Assembly (NCBI GenBank): GCA_964187785.1
Contig: OZ076420.1
Span: forward strand, 2,728,001 to 2,792,000
Source of the DNA: Amphiscolops sp. MND2022
Taxonomy: Eukaryota
Length of the DNA stretch: 64,000 nucleotides
Reading direction: 5' to 3'
Shown: positions 24,745-36,900 of the stretch, in pieces
How the letters are laid out: each line of letters opens with the position of its first letter
How positions within the stretch are numbered: the first letter of the stretch is position 1
Position numbers and translations under genes: made by a program
Notes under the pieces: generated by a model
Database searches by the model: none
Told to the model about the DNA's origin: nothing
The model's input: the letters and a program-made list of their open reading frames with translations, nothing else

Positions 24745-27200
24745 TCGGGCGGCGCCGCTGCTCTGATTCGGGTCCCGATAAAGAGCTACGTTTCATGCAT
24801 CTGAAAAGGATACAGCGAACCAATTGTTAGTATTATGGATAAGTGGGATTGGTTTGGTTGAGGCGAAAATTTCATCGTCAAAAATAGACAACGAACGGTC
24901 AAAATGATGCGTGTTCTTGAGGTCTCATTTTATTACACTTGATTTTATTCAGGGTACCAAAAAAGCTCTGTACACTTTAAATTGAACTAAAATTTCTTGA
25001 GCGTGAAATGTTTCAGCTAAATGTTTTTCTATTCATTTGTTCGGTTCCATTTCCGATTCTCAGCTTGGGATGGTCAAACCGTTGGATCAATTTCTCGTTT
25101 GCCAAATTGTAACACTAAAAAATTTGAGCTCTTGGTCAAATATTCAGATTTGAAAAACAGATCAACTGCACAAATGGGATAAAAACGTGACTTGAAAGGC
25201 GATTCTTATCTTGTTGCAAAGGACACCAAAAACGTGGAGCTCATCCGTGATGTCCTTGAAAATCCAAAATCACGTTTGGAGAAGATTCGAGTCGATTTTA
25301 ACAGCTTTTCCCACGTAAAATTCTATATCAAAAATTACAGTCAGTGGAATTTTACAGAAATATGGTGTTTACAGCAGATTGCTGCTAAAAAGCTCAAACT
25401 AGCGAAAAAACAACGACGTTCAAGAATGAAATGGTGTGTTAAAATGTCGAAGAAGCCGTTCAGTTACTAGCAAAACCTATTTCTGTCGACGAGACTAGAG
25501 TGCATGCAGTTATCCAGTGACGAAGTGGTGCGCGTTTTTCGAAAAATGGAAAAACAATTTTCGAAAAAATATCGAAAAACAGTAGCTTATGGATAAAGTT
25601 CTGGGGTGCAGTGAGATTCGATGACTTGAAAAAGCTGAAGTGCTCTAATAGAATGAACAGCACAGACTACCTCAAAATTCGGGATATTTTCGACCAAAAC
25701 TTGAAAACTCTGGACTTTTCCAGCAAGATAATTCCCCTGTGCACAAAGCTCACAAAGTTGAAGATTATTTCCAACGTTATGGTTGGAATGTTTTGGAATC
25801 GCCTCTTTACAGTCCTGAGTTGAAATATGTGATCAGAAGATGAAGAAAAGACTCGGAAAAAAGACTGTGAATTGAAAAAACTGGAAAAGTATATGAACTT
25901 TGGAGCAGTTTCGACCAAGAAGATGTGGAGAATTTGTACAATTCTATTGCAAAACTATTCTATTGTAAAGAAATCCCAGTGAACCGTTTTTGGTTACTAG
26001 TTGAAGTAAATTTGTTGAATTCTCTTGTTCGCTTTTTTGAAAAAAGTCTTCGTGAACAGAGTTTTTTGGTACCCTAATGTAATTAAATTATTAAACAATC
26101 AAAATACTATCTTTCCGTGAAGGCTGTTAATTTTAATCAATTCGACGAAGTTTCGGCCAATTTTTTTCCTAAGAACTACGAAAACTAGTATTCTGGAAAA
26201 GTTGAGTGGGAAGCGGAAATCTTGTCATATCGATTAAAATTAACAGCGTTCACGAACACATACCACTTATTCAATATTTTAATTTTTTTCATGGGATGTA
26301 AAAAACTTTTAGTTTGACACCAAAATTGAGTCGAAAAATTAATAGCATTCGTCTTTGCTTTCGAGCAAAGGGGTATTTTCAGTCCTGAGCTAATTTACCA
26401 ACATACATTCAAAAAATGGTTCTGAATTTGCAGAAATGATTTCAATAAGCGTAACAGTAATGTGTTGAAAATCTGAAAATCTGTAATGAAAGATTTTCTA
26501 TCACTGGTTAAAATTTTGTTTGCAAAACTTTGTTCCAAAACCATTATTAAAAATAGCCAATGATAGAGGAATCATTGCACAAATAACGATAATTCCGAAG
26601 ATGAGAAATTCAATGATAATAGACGATTCCTCTAATAGATGAGCTAAAATGCAACGTTTTTTAAAACGTGATAACCGTCCACGAATCTTCCGGTAATCCT
26701 TAAAAGGATACAATGAATTATCAGTACTATGGAAAAGTTGGACGATATTTTCGGCCAGGGAAAAGAAATGAAAAATATAGATGTAAATTACGAAAATCGA
26801 TATGAATTTCATTGCAACGCTAGACCAAAATTATTTGAATCATTGCTCTTCTGCGGCACTTTTCTTAGTTTATTACGAATTACAGTATTCGTCAGCTGTT
26901 ATGACCTAATTGAATTTATAATTACAAATTTCTCAATTGCATTATCGTCCGTCATTTTGTAAAAATATCGACAAGTTCAGATAAAAAGCGCTTTCAAATG
27001 TAGTTTCACATCGCAGCCCATAAACAGGAAAAAAATACCAGATAAAAATATTTCATAAAAAACAATACGGCTGGTAATCACAGGGATATTTTCAACCCTG
27101 AACCAATTAGCAACAAATTAAAAACACGTCCAAAAGTTACCCAAACAGTACAAAAATTGATTTCAGAACCTTTACCTTAGCCACTTTGAATACCCTAGAT

Positions 27201-27630
27201 CAGAGGTGTGACAGCGATAGCGGTAGCGTTAGCGACAATCCAGCATGAATTAGCGATAGCGATAGTTAGCGACAAATTAAAGCGTTAGCGAACATTTTTA
27301 TTCGCTACAAGAATTCAAAATTAACTAATGCAATAATTTAATGGGAATAATTTGACACATCATATTGGCTGTGGCTTTTATTTTCTTTCGAACGGTTATT
27401 CAGTGTGCCCGGCAATGTGCAGAACCCACGGCGAACTAGATTTTGTCCAAATTTTTCTCAAAATTTGTTATTTGTAAAATACCATTCTGAAATTTTTGAA
27501 TGAATATCTTGAAAATCAGATTTTTTAATTAGCGATAGCGGCACCCAAAATAGCGGTCTTAGCGACTAGCGACAGCCCAAAGTTGAGACGATAGCGAACA
27601 GCGGTTTTGGGGGCCGCTGTCACACCTCTG
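27201..27630. mobile_element. hAT-type MITE, 430 bp
   Basis: 16-bp TIR CAGAGGTGTGACAGCG; 8-bp TSD CCCTAGAT/CCCTACAT; subterminal tagcga repeats. Confidence 0.88.
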
Positions 27631-27782
27631 CCCTACATATCATAAAAAGCAATGATGCCCTATTGCAGATGTTTATATGCGCAAAAAAAGCATTACAAAA
27701 AGCAAGAAAGTAAGAGGAAGGGGGGGGGAGGGAGGAGTGTTGTGGATTGGATTGTTGTGTCGTGTCGTGTGTTGTGTGGTCA

Positions 27783-27923
27783 TCACTTGAAGGCGGCGTT
27801 GAAAGCGCGGCCAATGACGAGTCTGCGCACTTCGGAGGTGCCCGCCCCTATCTCGTACAGCTTGGCGTCCCTCAGCAGTCTGCCCGCGGGGTAGTCGTTG
27901 ATGTACCCGTTGCCACCCAGACA
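27783..27923 (-). CDS. IVD: IVD exon 6 (last)
   Basis: [12 protein letters not shown]...RAFNAAFK*. Confidence 0.95.
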   Translation of the reverse strand, partial: CLGGNGYINDYPAGRLLRDAKLYEIGAGTSEVRRLVIGRAFNAAFK

Positions 27924-30900
27924 CTGCACAACACCACAGCCACAGGGTTGTTCACAATTAGACAGTGTAACCAGAAAAGATAATAGAATACCTTTTCAAA
28001 CACTTTTTCAAACATCAACTATTACGCGGTCGCTCACCCTGGGAGCAGGAAAACCTTCTAAGGAATATCGTCTAAAACCAAGTCATGTTCATTTCCCATT
28101 GCATTTGTAGACACAGCAAAACTCGGATAAAAGAAAAACAGAGGGCGGTAAGGATAGAGTTTCTCTTATCCATAGTTTCTTTCATCAGTTGAACTATTAA
28201 CATAGAAAATTTGTCTTGTATAAAAGCGGCGGAGGAGTGAAAACATTTCTTATATCCAAATGTTTCTCTTATCCAAGTTCGACTGTACATTGAATTTTAG
28301 ATGTTATGCTTTTAGACGTTATTCCCGAAAAACTTTTAGACGTTATTCCTAAGACTTTATTCGCGCCCCTAGAAATTCTCCCTCCGAATTTTCCACATTT
28401 CTACATGACCTAGGAAAGTACAAGAGAGCAAAGGGCACCACTTTTGTTTTTTCAGCACTAACTTTTTTGGAAGAGAAATAGTTTCACTTGAAGTTTCCTC
28501 CTTTTGAATTTGCATTTTCAGTTAGAAAGAGGCCCTCACTTTTAGGATGATAATCAGCTCTAAGATTTTTTTAGAATTTACATGAAAACATCCTTTTAAT
28601 CCTATTTGAAAAAGTTTGGGCTTCATGAGCCTTGAGATGTTTTCTTCTCTTATCTGTCTTCAAATACACAGAAAAAAGGTTGAAAGTAGTGTCAGTAACG
28701 GTGCAGTAAAAATAAACGGTAGAAATTTCAGCGACAGGTGGGTTAATGTATGAAAAAACTGAGATACGGATCAAGAAATTCACAAAAAATTATTGCCAAG
28801 TAAATCACGGCAGCTTACCTTCGTTTTTGGGCGTTCTGTTTTTTTGGTTCACTTACTAGGTGAACCAAAAAAAAACGGAACGTACAAAAAGTTTTTGAGC
28901 TCTCAAAGTTCCAAATATTTGTCAACAAACGTTTCGAAGCTCCTGTCAATCATTCAAATTTGTTACATCTCTCAGAAGCGAAAATGCTTTCACACATTGA
29001 AAGTGAGAACGAAATTACTGGTAGACACGTCCTAGACTATTTTTGATGGCACAAACCATGTTTGGTTGGAGATGTGATTACGTAATATGAGCTTCAATCA
29101 AAATAATTGATAGATAAAATTGAGAGATTATCAGTGACTTGTTTACAAACAATACGATTTTGAAGACGCAAAAATTTGCACGTTCCGTTTTTTTTGGTTC
29201 ACCAAGTAGATATCTTTACCAGTGAATTTGTTCTTATGTTGCGTGAAGTTCATTCGCAGTCGAATGTGTAAATGAAACGCTGTCAAATTGAATGATTGAC
29301 AGGCTGAATTTCACCGTTCCAAGTTGTTTTGAAACATTTTGTTGACAAATATTTGACATTTTGAGAGCGTGAAAAGTTTGTGCGTTCCGTTTTTTTCTGG
29401 TTCACCCAGTACTAGGTGAATCGAAAAATCGGAACGCATAAAGTTTTATGCTCTGAAAATGTCAAATATTTGTCAACAAACGTTTGAAAGTAACTTAGAA
29501 CGCTGCCGTCAATCACTGGAATTGCCATGTTTTCTTAGAAGCGAAAGAACTTTCACACACTTTTCACTTTTTCTGAAGGTTCTTACCGTCCTTAACTGAT
29601 ATATTTGATTACGTAACGAGAGCTTCATTCCAAGTAATTGAAAAAAAGTCCAGTGTCCTGTTTACAAATAATAGGATTTGGAAGACCAAACTTTTGTGCG
29701 TATGTTTTTGGTTCACCTGGTAGTTCGAACGATTCTTAGTTGAAGATGTGATTACGTAAGAACACCATCATTCTAAATGATTGACAGAAAAATTGCAAGA
29801 AATTCAATGCATTGTTTACAAATAAATTGCCCAGGAATGATTTTCTAATCACGGTACCGCACTGTAAAGTTTTATGTGTTCCGTTTTTAGGTTCGCCTAG
29901 TATGATGCACAGTATGATATTGATACTGTCATTTAGTCATTTTTAGTCGGCGCTTTTCCATTAAGGGAAAAATGCCCGACTATAGCAGTGACTGTTTTTT
30001 TTCTTCAGACTACAATCCTCACACTGATCGGCCCACTTTTTTGAAACAATCCTGAAACCACCTAAGGCGCCCAGTCCGGCAAAGGGGCCAAGGCAAACTT
30101 AGTTCAAAGGGTCCCCCTTTCATTTTTACTTTTTCAAGGTAACCTACAAAACCGGACGGGACTAAAGAGTCCCCGCTTTCGAATTTTTTTCGGCACTGTG
30201 CTTTTTTTCGAAATTTTTTTGTCTCCAAGGGGTCCCCCTTTCATTTTTTACTTTAACGTAACCTACAAAACCGGCCGAGGCTAAAAGGTTCCCCCTTTTG
30301 ATTTTTTTCGGCACTGTGCGACTTTTTTTCGAAAATTTTTTAATGTCCCCAAAGGGTCCCCCTTTGAGTTTTTTGTTATTTTGCAACAGAATGCATGTTT
30401 GGAAATCAAAAAGGGTCCCCTCTTTTACATTTTTCGGCACTGTGCGAAGGAAAAAATTTTCAAAAATTTCAAGTTTTTTCCAAAAAAATGTTTTGCGCTT
30501 TTTGAGCCTTAGATATAGCGCCGACTTTAGACGTTCCCGTCTTGTTGGAATAATTTTGGCTGTTTCTCAGATCGCAGCCATACGATTCTGATACCAATGA
30601 GCACGCGTAGAATGACTGTGATGAATCTTATAAAAATCGCATGGACAGTTTTAGAGACATCTGAAACTTTCATTGAAAGGTCGGGAGAAAAAAGTACGAG
30701 TGCACAAGTAGTGGAAAACTTATCCACTCCTAAAAATTTACACGAAATTAAAGATACACAATCCGAGAAAAGAGGAAAAATTGGAAAATGGCGAAAGGTG
30801 TGGCAAGGTCAAAGAGGATCCAAAATGACACAGGCAGTGTCAATGTCGGATCCTTCAGGGAAAAAAGTAAACATGGAAAACCATAAATTTGAAAAATTGA

Positions 30901-33900
30901 ATATTCGGTGTATGGTATATGAAATGGGTGTTTTGCAAAAGCTGAACTTTTCCAAAATTCCGTTTTTGGCCAAATCGATTTTTCTCGAATTTCCTCGCCT
31001 CGACCCATAAAGAAAAGTAGCAACCCCATACTCTTCCACAAGACCTTGTGCAACAATACCAAATACGCTGTTGCTAATATTTCAAGTTCCTAAAATAGGT
31101 TTTTATTTTCCGCCCACACAAGTTTATTTGTGAATGGGGGACGAAAATCATAATCCGTGTTGCGTATTTTTAGTCGGCGCGTTTTCCTTTAAGGAAAAAA
31201 GTCCGACTATTACAGAGGCTAGTTTTTTTTTCGTCAGACCACAGAGCTCATCGCGTATGTACCACTTTTTACAGAAACTGATAAGACTACTCAGGCCAAG
31301 TCAGGCCAATGGAAACTTAGTGCAAAGGGTCCCCCCTTTCATTTTTTACCTTTTTTACGTAACCTACAAAACCGGAAGAGACCAAAGGTTTCAATTTTTT
31401 CTCGGCACTGTGCGAAATTTTTTTTCGAAATTTTTTTAAGGTCTCAAAAGAGTCCCCCTTCGAGCTTTTTGATATTTTGCAACAGAATGTATGTTAATGA
31501 ATCCCAAAGGGTCCCCCCTTTTCATTTTTCGGCACTATGCGACATTTTCGAAGTTTTTTTTCAAAAAAAAATTTTTCAAAAAAAATTTCAAATTTTGTTC
31601 CCAGTCGGGAAACAGTGATTTTCCAGTCATATCGAGCATGAAAGGCACACTTTGGGTGTCTCGAAAGTGTTTTCAAAGCTTTTCATGAATACGTCCTGAG
31701 CATATTTAGAAAACTTTGCGCTTCTTGAGCCTTAGATATAGCGCCGACTTTAGACGTTCCCGTCTTGTTTCTACCAGTTCTGCCAAATCTCCACGATCTC
31801 CATCCACTTCAGTTAGTACCTAATTTAGTTACTTTGGCGCAGTTGGTAGTGCGTTTGTCTGACCGACACGAGGTTGTCGGTTCGAACCCGTGTTAATGCG
31901 TTTCATTTTGGACGGAAACATTTGTGAACAAGCCTGTATGGTGTCGAGGGCGGACAGAGTGGCATTTTCGGCGGCGAGGAGGATGATGGCTGCACAGTCG
32001 CGTCCACTGAAGGTACCCTCGTCAGCCGCCCGGGCCAGGTTGTAGAGGTAGCTGCGACAGGAGCCCAGTCGCGTGTACATGTCAGCCATCTTGCCTGATC
32101 TCACCCAAACACAAACACGTCAACATGGTCAGTATGAATAATAATAATAAATTTATTTATTCTGATTTCAATAGAAAAAATATTCAATTTATATACATGA
32201 AAAGAACAATTTAATTACGAAATCAGGAAGAGACACCCAAAGGGCTTGCGCCCGCTCATTAGCAAGCCTCGTGACATCAAAAATATTAAATTGAATAAAC
32301 TTAACTTGAGTTGGTGGAAAGTCACGAGTAGTAAATGAATCAAGCTTCCGCTCAAAGGATACCTTCATGTGCTAAATTTCGAACGTGACACTTAGTTTTA
32401 TATTTTGGTCCAAACTTCAAAAAAGAAACTTTTTAGAGATGGAGACTGAAGTTAAGTTAAGGATGTCGTTAAGATGGAGTTCTGAGGTTAGAAGTTTTAC
32501 AGAATGCCCCCACAGGAGACATTCTTGAATCTAGTGTGAACATTTCTGTACAGCCTTCAGATTACACGTTTAGGATGTAAACAATGTATTCAAGTATCTG
32601 ACAATAAATAAATATTTATTTTTTGTTCCAATGTATTTGTGTTTTGGGCCAATATATTTTGATTATCAATTTATTGTTGGAAAGTCATAACACAATGTAT
32701 TATTATGATAGTACACGCGATTTCTAGACCAATTGTTATAACGTATTCGGATTTAGTTACTAGTCGTGTGGAAAAAATGATTCAGAAAGTTTGGTAAACA
32801 TAGTGATGGTTATAAATATAGTCCAAGAAGTGTTCAAACGAAATCTTTGTTCGAACAATATATTTTTTCCATACAATATTGAACAATATATTTATTATAT
32901 TTGATAGCCAGCAACTATTAAATATGAATATATTTTTTAAAAATTATATTTGAATAAAATGTTCTACATTCTTGAACACAACAAGCCCAAGGGGTTGACT
33001 CTGAAACCACATCATCATTTCATGCTTTTACTGTCTTCACACTTCATTCCCGTAATACTTTGACGTATTTGAGTCGATTTTAGACGTACGTTTTAGGTTT
33101 GGCGTTCTTCTCGCAACTAAACCAAGATTCATTAATTACAATGTCAACAAAACCGAGCTGAAGAGAATTCATGTTGAAAGTGAAAGTACAAGCCGATAAA
33201 GAGAACGGTCAAAATGAACGTGTTAAAGTAGACTTCAACAAAGATTGACAGCCACGAAAAAGGATCAGAAACAAAAGGCGGGAAGGCCCATTTTCATACC
33301 TATAAACAAAGCGGTGAATATGAAAGCCAAAAACTCTAGAGAAAAACGTCTGGTATACACAGAAAAAGTGTAGAGGAAACTTCAGAAAAACCAAAATCAT
33401 TATTGGACTGAAAATCAACAAAATCAACATCTGAAAAATTTCCAGTAAATCTCCAAAATGTCGAATTCCTTCTACGAAGAAAGCAAAAACTCGTGTTCTG
33501 TCTACGAAGTCTATGGGTGGTGGGAGCCTCAGACAGTGGAATACGAGTCGAGTGAGCCAGCGCCAAGGGATATATCTAACGAGAATGCTAAATTCAGAAA
33601 TTTAGGCAGCTTTGGATTTAATTTTGCAATGGACTGAAGCCTCCCACTGATGACTCCTTCATCTGGACGATTCGAAGCTGAGATTTTTGATGATACTGTT
33701 TATAGATGATACTGAAAATATGATACTGTTTTGGAAATCATGAACCAAATCAAATATCCGAGCAGCACCCATGCTCCGCTCTCTAAGAAAATAAAACTGC
33801 AAAAGGTTGTACAAATGAACGCTTAGACCCGGAAAAAAACAAACCTCGGTTAATTTGTGTCAGGAAATTACGGCTCTCCATTCAATTCGAATGCATATGA

Positions 33901-36900
33901 GACCCATGCATTGCATGACGACCAAACTAATATCATCCTGTTATTGCATATTTCTCATGTTCGTACTGATTTAACGGTCCCTGGCAATACCATTAGGCGT
34001 ATTTCTCTATCATCTTTCGAGCAAAACAACCAACAAACGAAGACCGATTGCTGTTATATTTCAGATATAAAGTTACGATTTGTTTATGCAGATTCAACTT
34101 TTAACATTGAAATTTCAATTCGTTTTCCCTCCAGATGTAACTGAGAACCAAATAAGCAGACTTCAGTTACCGAGAATTAAAGGGTTCTTTATGGAGGCCA
34201 ATAGAGAGGCAGAGAAATTATAGTCAACCCTCATCATAACTGAAAACTGCCGTCATTTCAATCTCACTCGGTCATTGCATTGATAACTCTAGTCAAAGCC
34301 AGAGGGAGAGACCCCCTATGACTCAGAGCAAAAATTCAGGGAAAGAAGTGAATCAAAACAACTACTGGTGATGTTATATTATTTGATTGATTGAAGTGAA
34401 GAATAACATCCCCATCGAAGTGGAACAGAACAGCGACAACCGGACCACGGAAGCATAAGGAAGTCCCGCGGCAGGGAAAATCTCAAACGTTCTTGGACTG
34501 AAATTGGAATCACTCAACTGACACGTTCGTGGTTAGCAGAGCAGCAAGTCCAAACACCGACAGAATTGTTACTCAAAGGGTTGTTCTGAGTTTAGTCTCC
34601 GCTGTATACGATCCAAAGGGTCTCGTCGCGCCGTTTACCATCAAAGCGCGCCTGGTTTTGAATGAAATTTGCAGACTCAGTGCCGAGCAGTGGGACAATT
34701 TGTCAGACGAATATGTAACAAAGTTCTTGGAATGGAGCAAGGAGCTGAGAGTACAGTACCAAAACGTTATTTCTGTCAAACTGTTGAAACGAATCAGCTA
34801 AGCTACACTTGTTAGGTGACAGATCACAATATGCTTTCAAAGCATTCGCTTTCTTGCGAGGAAAACCAATTAGCGATCAGGGTCGTTTGACGCAGCTGAC
34901 TTTGGTCTTTGGAAAAGCTGTTCTGTTTCATCGAAGTTCAAGTGACTGCTCAGATTTTGAATTGTAGTTTAGATTTAGTTACCGAGAATTAAAGGATTCC
35001 TTAACTACTGACCCTGCATGAACTGGAAGTGTCCAATCTTCTCCCCGAAGGCAGTCCTGGTGTGAGTGTAGGGCACTGCCACGTCCAGACACGCCTGCAT
35101 GATGCCGACTGGCCCGGCTGCCAGCACCAGTCTCTCGAGGTCCAGCCCACTCATCATCACGTACACCCCCCGGCCCCGGGCACCCAGCAGGTTCTCCACA
35201 GGCACCTCGCAGTTGTCGAACACCAGTTCACACGTCGTCGATCCACGCATTCCTGCAAGTCATTAACGTCAGAAATTTCCAGGAAATCAGAGACACTGCT
35301 AATTTAATAAGTTAACGTGTACACGCAACTCCGTTTATAACGATTACGTTTATAACGACATTCCGGTTATAGCGATAGAGTTTCACGGTCCCGGCCACGA
35401 TGCTAGTATATAACGATTTTAGCTTATAACGATATTCGGATATAACGATTAACAAGCCGGGACCGGCCCAAGTCGGCGCCATATCCAAGGCTCAAAAAAA
35501 TGGACCGAGTGGCGCGCCGGGGCTCGCCAGCGCGCTAACGTCTCACAATGCCGAAAAACTGAAAGGGGGGACCCTTTGAGGTTTTTCAACATCCATTCTG
35601 TCGCAAAGCATGAAAAAATTGAAGAAATTTTTTTTTGTTTTCGGGAAAAAATTTTACAATGCCGAAAAAAACTGAAAGGAGGAACCCTTTGGGATTTTCC
35701 AACATCCATTCTGTCGCAAAACATCAAAAAAATGCAGGGGGGACCCTTTGAGGAAAAAAAATTTCGAAAAAAAAATTCCGAAAAAAATGTCTCCAGTGCC
35801 GAAAAAAATTGAAAGGGGGGACTCTTTGGTCTCTCCCGGTATGGTATTATTATTATTATTATTATTATTATGAATTCTGTGGTTTTCACCACACGGGGTT
35901 TAACCCCTTCCAGATATATCAAGTGGCACACTGTATAATGTATTGAGTGTACAAATTTGAAACTTCAGTTAGAAATTATCAAAGTCCAACATTGTTCTAG
36001 AAGCAGTGGTCTGTTTCAGAAACCTTGCGTAGGAGAGTCAGGGTTTCAGTTGTTCAAAAGTCTGCAATTTTTTGCCACACAGTCGCATTTCATTCTCCAA
36101 GTGCAAGTGTTCAGTTCATCAAAGGTTTCGAGAAACTCACGCCACATCCAGTAGAGCAGCTTCGGTTTTAGAGTATCATACTCACGAATGTCAATTGGAG
36201 ATGGTAATTGCATGGCTAGACGTTTCGCTCGGAACCAAAAATTTTGTTCTGCAGTAGCGGGTTTAGGCCTGCTTTCTTGCAAGAAACGATAGGGTTCTAG
36301 TCTCGTGTGATAAGTATATTCGTTGTAATAGTTAAATTTGTCAGAAAAATCATAGTTGATATTTTGTGTCAGTATTTTCGAGAGATATAAGAGATCCAGC
36401 AGTTGAAAGTAAAACGGGACGGGTAGTATATTCAGTTTGATAAGGCAGTCCTTATAGCTACTATCTGGAATAATCCAATTGCAGACTTTCTTCTGAACTC
36501 TTTCGAGGATTCTCATGCATTCCACGTTCAATGGTAGTATGATCGATGAGTGTGTGAGAATTGGCAAGATCATGCTCTTGTATAAATTTAGTTTGTGTTG
36601 GCTACTTAGGCTGGGAGAGTTTCTCTTGATCATGTAAAAGACTCTGTAGGCCTTTTCGGCTCTCGACTTGAAATGTGGAACCCAACTCAGGGATTTCGTG
36701 ATAATTACACCAAGGTCTGTTTCTTGGTCCTTTGATTGTAATGGCGCTCCGCCGAAAGTCAACTGATCATGGTTTTCGTTCTTGAAGCAGAGCTGGCCAC
36801 ATTTGTCAAGGTTAAAATTAATAAAATTATCCACGCTCCAAATGAAAATATTGTTCAATTCTTCTTGTTTTTCTAATAATGTTAAGTTGAGACATATGAA

